A DNA stretch of 64,000 nt from an uncultured Desulfurococcales archaeon. Its GTDB lineage: Archaea > Thermoproteota > Thermoprotei_A > Sulfolobales > WANQ01. This document shows, in pieces, positions 54,348 to 64,000 of this stretch. Numbering within the stretch: position 1 is the stretch's first letter; every line of letters starts with the position of its first letter. The translations under genes and the position numbers were made by a program. The notes under the pieces are model-generated. The model made no database searches. It was not told where the DNA came from and saw nothing but the letters and a program-made list of their open reading frames with translations. The stretch lies in NCBI GenBank assembly GCA_964467535.1, contig CAYXRT010000009.1, forward strand, positions 63-64,062. The letters are read 5' to 3'.

Positions 54348-54896
54348 ATGTCTAAACTTAATTAAATAGCCGTACACAACCCCTACAGCTACACCAGCTA
54401 TATGAGCTAGATTATTGACTTGGCCAGGGGCTAACATATTACTAACTATGAGAGCAAGTAGAAGCAGTGCAGCCATAGAACCTAATTTTCCATATGCTCT
54501 TCTTTCGTAAATTACCAATAGACTTAATAAACTGAAAATAGCTGCTGATGAACCTAGGGAGTAGGCTAAAATAAGTATACTAGCTATATTGCCAAAAAGC
54601 CCAGCAATCATATATAGGATTAACATATTCATAGCTCCACAGTATCCCTCAACTATCGTCCCAAGTATGTATAAGGCATACATATTAAAAAATAAGTGGA
54701 ATATATTTGCATGAATGAAGAACGATGTAATCAGTCTATAATATTCGCCAAAGAATAATACCCGAATAGGGTGAAAAGCATACAAGACTATCGCTTCTCT
54801 TGAAAGCGAGTATAGGTTTCCTCCGTGCATTATAGTACATAAGGCATAAAATACTACATTTATGAGAATAAGTACTTTAGTTATTGTGAATGCCAA
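54333..54896 (-). CDS. Rhomboid-family intramembrane serine protease
   Basis: 187 aa, 6 TM helices. HANIFHLFFNM and catalytic GSSAAIFS, with His in NNLAHIAG. Confidence 0.85.
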   Translation of the reverse strand: MAFTITKVLILINVVFYALCTIMHGGNLYSLSREAIVLYAFHPIRVLFFGEYYRLITSFFIHANIFHLFFNMYALYILGTIVEGYCGAMNMLILYMIAGLFGNIASILILAYSLGSSAAIFSLLSLLVIYERRAYGKLGSMAALLLLALIVSNMLAPGQVNNLAHIAGVAVGVVYGYLIKFRHLSRF

Positions 54897-54912
54897 GACC
54901 TTTAGCCTCTAC

Positions 54913-55902
54913 TCAGAATTCCTCACGTACTTGCCTAACAGCTTCAACAAGTACTTTAAGCTTCCTTAGACATAATTCGTATTCTTTAAATTCATCACCC
55001 AAGACTCCTCTCAATCCTCTGAATCCACAGTCAGGTTTGACCATTAGTAATCTATCTCTATACAGGTTCCAGCTCTTAATTATTAGACTTTTAATCTCAT
55101 TAATATTTTCAACAATAGGCTTCTTCGAAGAAATTACACCAACAGCTATATACTTACCACTTGAATCTAAGTCTTCATATGAGTAAAATTCAAAGTTCTT
55201 TCTATTGTCATAATGTTCGTGGTCTAATAAGTTTATGTTATTTGTTCTAAGTAGCACCTCCTTTAATAGTTTAGGTAATCTAGCACATACATGTATTCCC
55301 CTAATCTTTACATGCTTAGCTCTTTCAAATAACATGTCGAGAGCGTTTGTGATTTCCTCAATTGTGTAATTGAATAATAGTCTTCTAGTACCAATTATAA
55401 CCGATAACACCGGTTCATCAATGTTAATGTAATTATAGCCTAGTTTGGATACTTCTTCTACTATTCTAGCAACATATGATGTAAGGAATGATAAGACATA
55501 TTCCTTGTCCCTTAACATACTATTCATAATGTCTATGCTTGGAATACTTTCACTGTAGAATATATATGATGCCAATGTAAAAGGTCCAGTAATACATGCT
55601 CTTACTTCCTTTACCTTACCCTTAATCTTGGGTATTATATTTGATATCAATTTGTATTCAGGCAGGTCAATGATCATAGACTCTATACTAATATTTTTAA
55701 CAGCTATGTATAATCCCCTTGATTTACGAAGTAATGCCTGTCTTGCTAGTGGTTCTAGAAACATGTCTATAAAGCTTCTAAGTTGAGGAACAGGCGGGTA
55801 ATCCAGACCGATATCAATCATATCGTTAAATACCTTTAACTCCCTTTCTTCACTATACTCTAGTGGGAAACTTCCTACATGTGATGTGCATATATGTTTC
55901 AA
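54913..55902 (-). CDS. Cobalamin-independent methionine synthase-like protein (MetE C-terminal domain homolog)
   Basis: 329 aa. TSHVGSFP at the N-terminus, IDEPVLS, and Zn ligand strings IHVCA and KPDCGF. Confidence 0.7.
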   Translation of the reverse strand: MKHICTSHVGSFPLEYSEERELKVFNDMIDIGLDYPPVPQLRSFIDMFLEPLARQALLRKSRGLYIAVKNISIESMIIDLPEYKLISNIIPKIKGKVKEVRACITGPFTLASYIFYSESIPSIDIMNSMLRDKEYVLSFLTSYVARIVEEVSKLGYNYINIDEPVLSVIIGTRRLLFNYTIEEITNALDMLFERAKHVKIRGIHVCARLPKLLKEVLLRTNNINLLDHEHYDNRKNFEFYSYEDLDSSGKYIAVGVISSKKPIVENINEIKSLIIKSWNLYRDRLLMVKPDCGFRGLRGVLGDEFKEYELCLRKLKVLVEAVRQVREEF

Positions 55903-55947
55903 GCAGTTACCCCATTTACTAGCTCTAAAAAGTCATTAAAATTACAT

Positions 55948-57024
55948 TTACAAAATACTGTACATGTAGTTCTCTAAATCCTTTATTTGGGATAATACAT
56001 ATAGACTATCGCATGTAAAAGTTAAACCCTTCTCTTCTACTTTGGTTCTAAGCATTAATATCAACTTCTTAAGAACTCTATACACATTATCTTTCGGTAC
56101 TTTAATGAATCTAAACCCTTCAATTAAATAATTCGTTGCAAGCCATGACTCTAAATGAAGACTGCCTAACTCTTCTACGATTGCATCATATGCCTCTTTC
56201 AGCGTCTCTAGCCTAAATACAAGGTATTTAAATGCATTTCGACTATTTGAAATGGGTATGATGATATATGATACATATATTATAGATCCGTTGCACTTAA
56301 CACTTATCGGACCTATTGATATGGGTTCATTTACTTTTCCTATCTCACTTGTAATCACACTTATGTCATCCAAGGCGCTTTTCCCTTGACTCATAATTGG
56401 TTGGGATATTGAAAGTCTGTTATTAACAGATATGAGTGTTATGTTTTTACTACTTAGTTGCTTCAATAAATCTAGTTTTAGTTTAAGAAAATGTTCATCA
56501 CCTAGTGTTAATATTGGTGTATCTGTAATAACAGATAATGTTTCTGTAGTCCTCATTGCATTGTTTAACCATATATTTAGCACCATGAATTGTAATATGT
56601 ATTCAAGACTATGAATGGATATCCTGTGTGGTACATGTACTAAGAATTTTGATAATAGTAAATTGTCATCTTGAGATCTCAATGCTATAAATGAGGGCGC
56701 ATAGCCTCCTAGGGAGCTATTCATACGTGGATACTCATAGACTACTTCATTTAATGGATCATAAATAGATGTCGAAAATAGTATTATTTGTTTACTATTT
56801 ATGCTCAGATCAATACATCTCGTCACAATACTTATAGTGTCTTTGGTTTTAGGTATTATGTAAAGTCTTTTCGTAGCTATTCCCTTCAAATCATGAATCT
56901 TAGGTCTTATAGCTTCTTTATAAAGTGTAATTAATGTTTCCTTAACACCATAATCTTCGTTGATTATTGCGTCAAGCGCTTTAGCTAGCATGGACTCTAC
57001 TATTTGTAAATTACTGGAGATCAT
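55948..57024 (-). CDS. Hypothetical protein (possible very divergent NurA/RNase H-like fold)
   Basis: 358-aa ORF. Weak serial resemblance to NurA motifs (CIDLS, VITDTPIL, LISVNNRLS); not sufficient for a call. Confidence 0.5.
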   Translation of the reverse strand: MISSNLQIVESMLAKALDAIINEDYGVKETLITLYKEAIRPKIHDLKGIATKRLYIIPKTKDTISIVTRCIDLSINSKQIILFSTSIYDPLNEVVYEYPRMNSSLGGYAPSFIALRSQDDNLLLSKFLVHVPHRISIHSLEYILQFMVLNIWLNNAMRTTETLSVITDTPILTLGDEHFLKLKLDLLKQLSSKNITLISVNNRLSISQPIMSQGKSALDDISVITSEIGKVNEPISIGPISVKCNGSIIYVSYIIIPISNSRNAFKYLVFRLETLKEAYDAIVEELGSLHLESWLATNYLIEGFRFIKVPKDNVYRVLKKLILMLRTKVEEKGLTFTCDSLYVLSQIKDLENYMYSIL

Positions 57025-57150
57025 GGCTGATTCGATGATCTACTACCTCCATGTTCTTTTAAATACTTTGTTTTTATTAGTCTCATTGGAGATTTTAAAC
57101 TAACTAGATAATAAAGACAAAGGACAATATAGGAGAGAGGGACCATATCC

Positions 57151-57657
57151 ATGGCACTTGCTAAACGTAAATACAAAGTCAGGATAGGCGATAAAGTATA
57201 TGATGTTAAGGTTTATGAAATAAGTCCTGAGAAGTTTAAAGTTGAAGTAAATGGTCGTGAAATAGAGGTTATGGTAATAAGTGAAACTACAAAACCTTCA
57301 ATTACACAATCAGTATCTATTCCTACAACAACTACAACAATTGCTTCATCTAAAACTAGTGCACCAAGCACTTCTGTCATTAAACCTGAATTTAAACCTA
57401 GAGTAGAATTATCTAAGCCATCTAGACCCACTCCTTTAGAAGAAATGAATGTTATTAAAGCACCAGTACCTGGTAAGGTACTCAATGTTTACGTTAAGCC
57501 TGGAGATAAAGTTACAGTTAAAACAGTTGTATTAACCTTCGAATCTATGAAGATGGTGCTGGAATTATATTCACCTAGAGATGGCATAGTAAAGGAGGTT
57601 AGGGTTAAACCGGGTGATTCATTTAATGCTGGAGACATACTCATTGTTTTAGAATAA
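57151..57657 (+). CDS. Biotin carboxyl carrier protein / biotinyl-domain protein
   Basis: 168 aa. C-terminal biotinyl domain with FESMKMVLEL (biotin-Lys in the MKM motif) and a Thr/Ser/Pro-rich linker. Confidence 0.8.
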   Translation: MALAKRKYKVRIGDKVYDVKVYEISPEKFKVEVNGREIEVMVISETTKPSITQSVSIPTTTTTIASSKTSAPSTSVIKPEFKPRVELSKPSRPTPLEEMNVIKAPVPGKVLNVYVKPGDKVTVKTVVLTFESMKMVLELYSPRDGIVKEVRVKPGDSFNAGDILIVLE

Positions 57658-57701
57658 AGATGTTTTATCTCCTCTAGGATTATATCCTACGGTAGCAGGC
57701 G

Positions 57702-58679
57702 ATGAGTGGTTTAAAAGTTGTATTTGCTTTTAGAATTTACCGTGATATAATTGATAGACTTGAATCCTTAGAATTCCGGGTAGCAATGTATAATGGTGTT
57801 AGAGCCTCTAGAGAATGGCTGTATAAGGAGTTAGCTGATTCTGATATACTAGTCGCCAATCCCATAACGGTCGTTGACAAAGAGTTATTAAACCGTGCAC
57901 CTAAACTTAAGTTCATCCAAATATTCGGTAGTGGTTATGAGAATGTAGATTTAGAAGAATGCTCTAAAAGGAATATTTGTGTTGCTAATGCTCCAGACTT
58001 TATCGCAAAAGCTGTTGCCGAACATGTACTTGCATTAGTATTAGCCTTTCTAAGAAACATAATTAAAGGTCATGAGTACGTAAAGTCCGGAAAGTGGATT
58101 AAAGGACTAATTCCCAGGGAATTCTTATCAACAAGCCTTAATACCAAAGTCATTGGAATTATAGGCTTAGGACGAGTAGGCTCTGAAGTTGCACGTATAT
58201 TTAAGCTTCTAGGAGCTAAAGTAATATATTGGAGCCGTAGAAGAAAACCCGAAGTAGAACACGCACTACAAATAAACTACGTTCCGTTGGAGGAATTATT
58301 ATATAGGAGTGATATAATTGTCATTTGTCTAGCATATACTAAGGAAACCCATCACTTTATTAATGAGGAAAAACTAAGGCTTATGAAACCTCACACCATT
58401 CTAGTTAATGTTAGTCGTGGTAGGATAGTTGATACTCAAGCCTTAATAAAAGCTCTTAGGGAAAAATGGATTAAGGCGGCACTTCTTGACGTCTTCGAAG
58501 AAGAACCCCTTCCACCAAATCATCCATTATTAGAGTTAAACAATGTTATCTTTACCCCTCACATAGCTGGTTACACTAAAGAGGCTATGAGAGAAACCGC
58601 AGAATACGTATATAACGCTATTATAGCATTTAGCAAAGGCCTCAAAGTCAATAACCTGCTAGTAGAATGTACCAGATAG
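57702..58679 (+). CDS. D-isomer-specific 2-hydroxyacid dehydrogenase (glyoxylate/hydroxypyruvate reductase-like)
   Basis: 325 aa. NAD motif GIIGLGRVGSEVAR and catalytic strings NVSRGRIVD and TPHIAG. Confidence 0.85.
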   Translation: MSGLKVVFAFRIYRDIIDRLESLEFRVAMYNGVRASREWLYKELADSDILVANPITVVDKELLNRAPKLKFIQIFGSGYENVDLEECSKRNICVANAPDFIAKAVAEHVLALVLAFLRNIIKGHEYVKSGKWIKGLIPREFLSTSLNTKVIGIIGLGRVGSEVARIFKLLGAKVIYWSRRRKPEVEHALQINYVPLEELLYRSDIIVICLAYTKETHHFINEEKLRLMKPHTILVNVSRGRIVDTQALIKALREKWIKAALLDVFEEEPLPPNHPLLELNNVIFTPHIAGYTKEAMRETAEYVYNAIIAFSKGLKVNNLLVECTR

Positions 58680-58750
58680 TCATAATTTAGAGACAATACA
58701 TATTTATATCTAGATTAAGTAATTATTATAGTCATCGAAGATAAGAGGAG

Positions 58751-59593
58751 ATGTTTACTACAATGAGTATAGAGAGACTATCTACAGGAATACCATCATT
58801 TGATAAACTTATCCAAGGTGGCATTCCTCGAGGATTTTTCGTAGCTGTTGTAGGGGAACCAGGTACTGGTAAGACCATATTTAGCCAACACTTCATTGCA
58901 CAAGGTATTAAGGAAGGTGATATCAACATATACGTTACGACTGAAGAATCTAGGGAAAGTATCATTAGACAGGCATTACAATTTGGATGGGATTTTAGAA
59001 AGGCTATTGACGAAGGTAAGCTAATAATTATAGATGCTCTTATGGGTCGACATGATGATCCTTGGAGTATACGTGAATTGAATGTTGAAGAGCTTGTGAA
59101 TAAAATTACTGAGGCTAAGAGACATTTAGGTTATGGTAGAGCACGGTTAGTTATTGATAGTATGTCAGCTTTTTGGCTTGACAAGCCCGCTATGGCTAGA
59201 AGATATAGTTACTATATCAAAAGAGTTTTAAGTAGATGGGATTTTACAGCACTACTAACATCTCAATACGCTGTAACCACAAGTCTTGGTTTCGGCTTTG
59301 GAATAGAACATATAGCTGATGGGATAATAAGGTTCAGGAGAGCAGTTGTTAAGGGCATATTAAAGAGATATGTTATTATCGAGAAAATGAGGCATACAGA
59401 ACATGATAATAGAATGTACGAGATAGAGATTATTAATGGTGTTGGAATAGTTTTAAAGAAGCCTACTTCATTAAGAAGAGAGGATTACGCTCTACCTGCA
59501 AGAGTTATGTTAAGAATGCTTGAAGCCGAAGAACGGAAGAGAGCTGAATTACCGATATTAGATGAAGAAAGTACCGAAGACGAAGAATATTAA
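58751..59593 (+). CDS. KaiC/RecA-superfamily single-domain ATPase
   Basis: 280 aa. STGIPSFDKLIQGGIPRGFFVAVVGEPGTGKTIFSQHF (KaiC-like Walker A context), Walker B RLVIDS, and an acidic tail. Confidence 0.8.
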   Translation: MFTTMSIERLSTGIPSFDKLIQGGIPRGFFVAVVGEPGTGKTIFSQHFIAQGIKEGDINIYVTTEESRESIIRQALQFGWDFRKAIDEGKLIIIDALMGRHDDPWSIRELNVEELVNKITEAKRHLGYGRARLVIDSMSAFWLDKPAMARRYSYYIKRVLSRWDFTALLTSQYAVTTSLGFGFGIEHIADGIIRFRRAVVKGILKRYVIIEKMRHTEHDNRMYEIEIINGVGIVLKKPTSLRREDYALPARVMLRMLEAEERKRAELPILDEESTEDEEY

Positions 59594-59628
59594 TATACCG
59601 TATACTATAGGTCAGGACTGGAGTAAAC

Positions 59629-60129
59629 ATGTCTTCACATATAGAGAAGAAAGTTAAAGAGATATCGTTTGGCTTAATAATTACAAGTGATAGTGTTTTC
59701 TATGGTTTAAAGAGAGATGAAATAACACCTATGGTAAGTAAACTTCTAAGTGAAAACAACTATAAATTAGTACATCACGAAATAGTACCTAATGATATAG
59801 ATAAAATTAAGAAGGCTATAGTAAGAGCGTTAGAGAAAGCCGATGTAATTATTATTACTGGTGGTACTGGTCCTAATCCTCGAGATAAAACAATTAATAT
59901 AGTGCTTGAATTCAAGGGAACAGAGCTACCTGGATTCGGTGAGTTATTTAGATATTTATCCTTTGAGGAAATAGGGGCTAGGGCATGGCTTTCTAGAGCA
60001 ACAGCTATTGTAGTTAACAATAAATTGATGATAGCTTTACCAGGTTCACCTCATGCTGTCAAAATGGCTTTTGAGAAATTAATATTACCAGTTATAGGTC
60101 ACGCATTGGCTGAAATCAGAGGATTCTAG
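59629..60129 (+). CDS. moaB: Molybdenum cofactor biosynthesis protein B (MoaB/MogA family)
   Basis: 166 aa. ITGGTGPNPRDKT and LPGSPHAV signatures. Confidence 0.8.
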   Translation: MSSHIEKKVKEISFGLIITSDSVFYGLKRDEITPMVSKLLSENNYKLVHHEIVPNDIDKIKKAIVRALEKADVIIITGGTGPNPRDKTINIVLEFKGTELPGFGELFRYLSFEEIGARAWLSRATAIVVNNKLMIALPGSPHAVKMAFEKLILPVIGHALAEIRGF

Positions 60130-62606
60130 TATAAGTCATTAAGATCTACTCCAGGCAATGTCTCAGCTGTTTTCCCATAGTAGTGTTTTAGCATTATTCT
60201 AGCTATTTCCTTTACTTCATTAATGATGTTAATTCTTCTCGTTCTCAGTTCATCAGCAACACGTTCCCAGCTTTTACCTTGTAGAATCTTGGCTACAAGT
60301 ATGTATTCCTTTGTTCTCGATAATTTAGGTCTTTTATTGGGAGGTGTCATCCAATACGTCTTGGCAAGCTCGTACATTATATCACAGGCTGCCTCATATG
60401 TCATTGGTCCATGCGAGTATATCCATAATCTATCTACTTGTATTTTTGTTAATTGGGGTTTATAGTCATCTTGAATTATTTCACCCGTCCTCAAAATCAT
60501 TAATGCAACCGGAGTCTCAAGATCCCTATAAACATCGTGAAGGCTATTTAGTAATTTTAACTTGAATTCTCTACTAGCTATTTTAGTCATCTCTTCTACT
60601 GTCTTAGATATTGGCTTTATTACCAATATTGTGTATTCTCCACTAACTGGATTTCGATCAGGTGACATATGTACTGGTATGAATCCATTCTTTAACCAAA
60701 AGTTTAATAACTGTTCATTGACTCCGAAACCGCTTCCAATCCAATCATAACCCTTTCTTTTCGCTTCCTCATATATTCTTTTCAATGCGAAACTACCAAT
60801 GCCTCTTCCCTGGACCTGAGGATGAGTTGCTATTCTAACTATTCTTAACCCGACGGTCTTGCCGAAATCCCTTATTCTTATATGTTTTAGAAACCTATCA
60901 GGTATGATATTTCCTGGAATTCTTCCCCCTCTTAAGAGATCATCTATCATATCATCAGGTATAGGTCCCTCTTCAGCTAATTGTATTGCACAAACTATCT
61001 TACCTGAGGGTACTCTTACTGCTCGCATGATATGATGAGGAGCATCAGCTAACATACCTAAATCATCTGGTTCATTTCTATAATGTGCTAGCACGTATAT
61101 TCCAAAAAGCTGCCTTAGACATTCCTCTCCTTGAGGTGTGAATAGGACTTCAGGTTTTAGTTCTAGATATTCCAAGTTCCCTTGATCTATGGCTTTAATA
61201 TCTTCTTCATTAAGTTCAGCCGGCTCTGCATCAAGTAATAACGTTTTAAATTGCCATATCTCTATGGGGTCATCTTTAGCATATCTAATAGGCTCTTCCA
61301 TTTCATAGAGATATAATTTTGTATTAGGATCCTCCTTTAGCCTTTGTAAAAATCTTACTGAGAAACCCCTACCAGCCCCCTCATAGCCATGGATTGTTGT
61401 TGCAAATACTGTTCTTCTATGACTATTCCATATTGAATGGAGTAATGGTACGTGTATTCCAGCAGCCTCATCTACTACAACAATGTCTGCTGATAGTTTT
61501 GGTATTGTTATTGGTTCCCAGTATTCTATGCTAAATCTCTCACCTTGTATTTCAATTATATTTCCTCCTTTCTTTATAACCTTTGTCTTCAACTTTAGCT
61601 TTTCACATGCCTTTAATGCTAGCTGCATTAGTGACTGTATGTTTGTTGCTCTTGGAGCTGTTACTAGCACTCTGACTCTATGTTTTACTCTAAGTAATTC
61701 ATTAATTAACCCTATTAATCCAATACCTATTGCACATGATTTACCTCTGCCTCTATCAGCTGTTACAACTATTGTTTTTCTTGTACCCTTTCTAGGCCTT
61801 TCAATTAGGTTCTCAATAAGCTTTATTACTTCTACCTGATCTTGCGTTAATGCAAGCGTGTATAATTCTTTAGGGAATATTATCTTTTCAGGAATTACAA
61901 GTTCTTTACGGACATATTCACTACCCTTAAACTCTGAAGCTTTTATCACCTTTCTCTCATCAGCATCATAAATATATATTCCTGGATGCTCAAGGAGTTT
62001 TCTTTTAACCCATGATATGAATATGTGTCTAGGGTTAGGCTTTTGTGGTATAGTTAACGTCTTCTTAAATAATGTAAGGTATGTATCCCATGTACTCCAT
62101 TTCGGCACTAAGAGTATTACAAGACCGCCACCTTCAATTATACCTATAAGTCTTCCCAGATCGTTTGGTCTTAGATCATTTACTAAATCCATTACAAGAA
62201 CTTTAAACGTTGTTCCAAGATATGCTTCCCCTTCCTCATAAGTTATAATTGTTAATTTAACTTTCCTACACTTATCTTTAACTATTTCTTTAAATACATC
62301 TTTTCTGATACGTGCATCTGAAAACTCTGAGTGAAAAACGTATAGAGTCTTTATTTCATCTGTTACGCCTTGCGACTTAAGCTTTTTCTCGTAGGTTATT
62401 ATTGTCCTTGCTGCTAGTATTCCGTGGATATATGGTTCAGATGAAGAAATAACTAGTAATCTCCTATGTTTAGCCTTTATGGCGTTTTCTATGTCCTTGG
62501 ATAATTTCCTTAGCATTTTTACATAACTAGCTGGTACGTAGTCTCTGTATTTTTCAACAACAGCTTTAATGTTTACTGTCTTATCATCAGCCACACTATC
62601 GCCCAT
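60126..62606 (-). CDS. tmcA: tRNA(Met) cytidine acetyltransferase TmcA (Nat10 homolog)
   Basis: 826 aa. Helicase-type Walker A TADRGRGKS, GNAT core ATHPQVQGRGIGSFAL, and a C-terminal tRNA-binding tail. Confidence 0.85.
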   Translation of the reverse strand: MGDSVADDKTVNIKAVVEKYRDYVPASYVKMLRKLSKDIENAIKAKHRRLLVISSSEPYIHGILAARTIITYEKKLKSQGVTDEIKTLYVFHSEFSDARIRKDVFKEIVKDKCRKVKLTIITYEEGEAYLGTTFKVLVMDLVNDLRPNDLGRLIGIIEGGGLVILLVPKWSTWDTYLTLFKKTLTIPQKPNPRHIFISWVKRKLLEHPGIYIYDADERKVIKASEFKGSEYVRKELVIPEKIIFPKELYTLALTQDQVEVIKLIENLIERPRKGTRKTIVVTADRGRGKSCAIGIGLIGLINELLRVKHRVRVLVTAPRATNIQSLMQLALKACEKLKLKTKVIKKGGNIIEIQGERFSIEYWEPITIPKLSADIVVVDEAAGIHVPLLHSIWNSHRRTVFATTIHGYEGAGRGFSVRFLQRLKEDPNTKLYLYEMEEPIRYAKDDPIEIWQFKTLLLDAEPAELNEEDIKAIDQGNLEYLELKPEVLFTPQGEECLRQLFGIYVLAHYRNEPDDLGMLADAPHHIMRAVRVPSGKIVCAIQLAEEGPIPDDMIDDLLRGGRIPGNIIPDRFLKHIRIRDFGKTVGLRIVRIATHPQVQGRGIGSFALKRIYEEAKRKGYDWIGSGFGVNEQLLNFWLKNGFIPVHMSPDRNPVSGEYTILVIKPISKTVEEMTKIASREFKLKLLNSLHDVYRDLETPVALMILRTGEIIQDDYKPQLTKIQVDRLWIYSHGPMTYEAACDIMYELAKTYWMTPPNKRPKLSRTKEYILVAKILQGKSWERVADELRTRRINIINEVKEIARIMLKHYYGKTAETLPGVDLNDLY

Positions 62607-62679
62607 ACCTGTGACAATAACGTAGATTTATCTAAAAAACTTGATTGTTAAGAATTAATGTTTAAGAATGTTATTGTCT

Positions 62680-64000
62680 TTAGACAACCATCCTCTTTAA
62701 TTCTCTAGCTATCCTTTCATATCTCTCAATATCTTCTCTAGTTAAGCTTGGTGGTATTGCTTTAAGAGCCTTAATGAAGTGTTCCATTTTTACGGGTCTT
62801 ATTTTGAATTCTTCTCGTAGAGCAATCATTGCTGCTTCTCTACATACAGCTTCGATATCGGCTCCTGTATATCCTTCAGTTATTTCAGCTAATTTTTCTA
62901 GATCAACATCGGGGTCTAGAGGCATTTTTCTTGTGTGTATTCTAAATATTTGTAGTCTTGCTTCTTTATCTGGTGGTGGTACGTAGATAAGTCTATCAAA
63001 TCTTCCTGGTCTTAGTAATGCTGGGTCAAGAATATCGGGTCTATTAGTAGCACCAATAACTATAACATTTGTTAATGGTAATATCCCATCCATTTCTGAT
63101 AGTAATTGGTTCACAATTCTGTCTGTTACACCGCTTGTATCATGCCTGTAGCCTCTTGCTGGTGCTATAGAGTCTATTTCATCAAAGAATACTATTGCTG
63201 GTGCTACTTGCCTTGCTCTACGGAATATTTGTCTAACAGCTTTTTCTGATTCTCCAACCCATTTACTTAGAATTTCTGGTCCACGGACAGCTATGAAATT
63301 TGCACCACTTTCTGTTGCTGCTGCTTTTGCTAACAATGTTTTACCCGTACCTGGTGGGCCAAAGAGTAATATTCCTTTAGGAGGTCTTACACCCATCTTA
63401 TCAAATATTTCCGGATGTCTTAAAGGCCATTCAACAGCTTCTCTAAGTTGTTGTTTCACGTCTTCTAAGCCTCCTATATCTTCCCAATGTACTTCAGGTA
63501 CTTCAACATAGATTTCTCTAAGTAGGCTTGGCTGTATAAATCTCATGGCCTCTATAAAGTCCTTCATTGTTACTTTGAGTTCTCTAAGCTTTTCGGCTGG
63601 TATTGGTTGGGTAAGGTCGATTCTTCTTTCTCTAATAAACCTCCTTAAAGCAACCATCGCTGCTTCCTTAGCTAATGCCGCTATGTCGGCGCCTGTGTAT
63701 CCATGTGTCATTTCAGATATTTTGTCTAAGTCTACGTCGTCAGCTAATGGCATATTCCTTGTATGTACTAGTAATATCTCCTTCCTAGCTCTCTTGTCTG
63801 GCGGTGGTATTTCTATTTCTCTATCGAATCTTCCTGGTCTTCTAAGAGCAGGATCTAATGCTTCAGGTCTATTAGTAGCACCAATAACTATTACTTTCCC
63901 TCTTTCCTTTAATCCATCGAGAAGTGTTAATAATTGTGCAACTACTCTCTTTTCTACTTCTCCTACAACCTCTTCTCTTTTTGGTGCTATTGCATCTATT
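62680..64000 (-). CDS. cdc48: CDC48/VCP-type AAA+ ATPase, C-terminal ~440 codons (gene continues past the right window edge)
   Basis: The frame is open to position 64000. The D2 domain has [13 protein letters not shown] and [10 protein letters not shown]. The upstream in-frame part reads ...[30 protein letters not shown], the D1 second region of homology. Confidence 0.9.
   Translation of the reverse strand, partial: IDAIAPKREEVVGEVEKRVVAQLLTLLDGLKERGKVIVIGATNRPEALDPALRRPGRFDREIEIPPPDKRARKEILLVHTRNMPLADDVDLDKISEMTHGYTGADIAALAKEAAMVALRRFIRERRIDLTQPIPAEKLRELKVTMKDFIEAMRFIQPSLLREIYVEVPEVHWEDIGGLEDVKQQLREAVEWPLRHPEIFDKMGVRPPKGILLFGPPGTGKTLLAKAAATESGANFIAVRGPEILSKWVGESEKAVRQIFRRARQVAPAIVFFDEIDSIAPARGYRHDTSGVTDRIVNQLLSEMDGILPLTNVIVIGATNRPDILDPALLRPGRFDRLIYVPPPDKEARLQIFRIHTRKMPLDPDVDLEKLAEITEGYTGADIEAVCREAAMIALREEFKIRPVKMEHFIKALKAIPPSLTREDIERYERIARELKRMVV

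Noticed and set aside
1-64000. Search for CRISPR arrays, tRNA/rRNA genes, integrases, transposases and long terminal or tandem repeats.
   Set aside because: By eye, no regularly spaced 24-37 nt direct repeats, no cloverleaf-compatible GC-rich ~75-nt segments, no recombinase motifs in any ORF, and no long duplicated segments. A computational scan (tRNAscan-SE, CRISPR finders, self-dotplot) would be needed to be definitive.

Overview
AT-rich (roughly one-third G+C by eye), tightly packed archaeal chromosome segment. There are about 70 protein genes, many with 1-40 nt overlaps, plus Shine-Dalgarno-like GGTGA/GAGG motifs and TATA-like boxes. Gene content suggests an anaerobic, peptide-fermenting hyperthermophilic crenarchaeon, probably Desulfurococcales-like; this is inferred from gene content, not from a database match. 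No rRNA, tRNA, CRISPR array, integrase or transposase was recognised.

Main blocks:
- (i) 1-8.6 kb: a loosely packed, accessory-looking stretch. It holds sugar epimerase, MBL-fold and methyltransferase genes, a 650-nt gene desert, a sharply GC-rich 67-nt island and a C/D box sRNA.
- (ii) 8.6-16 kb: radical SAM, sufC, sufB/D-like, CYTH and iorAB genes.
- (iii) 16.5-20.9 kb: a stand-alone methyltransferase-nurA-herA string. The HerA carries a C-terminal SWIM zinc finger.
- (iv) 23-31.7 kb: a complete group-4 membrane-bound [NiFe] hydrogenase (Mbh/Mrp type) split into two convergent operons. Its maturation protease gene has no canonical start codon.
- (v) 33-36 kb: an ECF transporter.
- (vi) 35.9-37.2 kb: a threonine-synthase-like protein fused to a PadR-type wHTH, with the PLP-binding Lys replaced by Arg.
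- (vii) Housekeeping genes: stomatin/NfeD, dph6, hjc, PIN-ATPase-KH, XPD-like helicase, GT2 synthase, ABC-2 exporter, NOL1/NOP2/Sun, rhomboid, MetE-like, BCCP, KaiC-like, moaB, tmcA and a partial cdc48.

Most interesting candidates: the SWIM-tailed HerA/NurA(/MTase) module, the Lys-less ThrC-wHTH fusion, the hypothetical protein + Cas4-like pair, the unexplained GC island, and two unannotated C/D box sRNAs. All functional calls come from motifs read by eye in the supplied translations; no database search was run.
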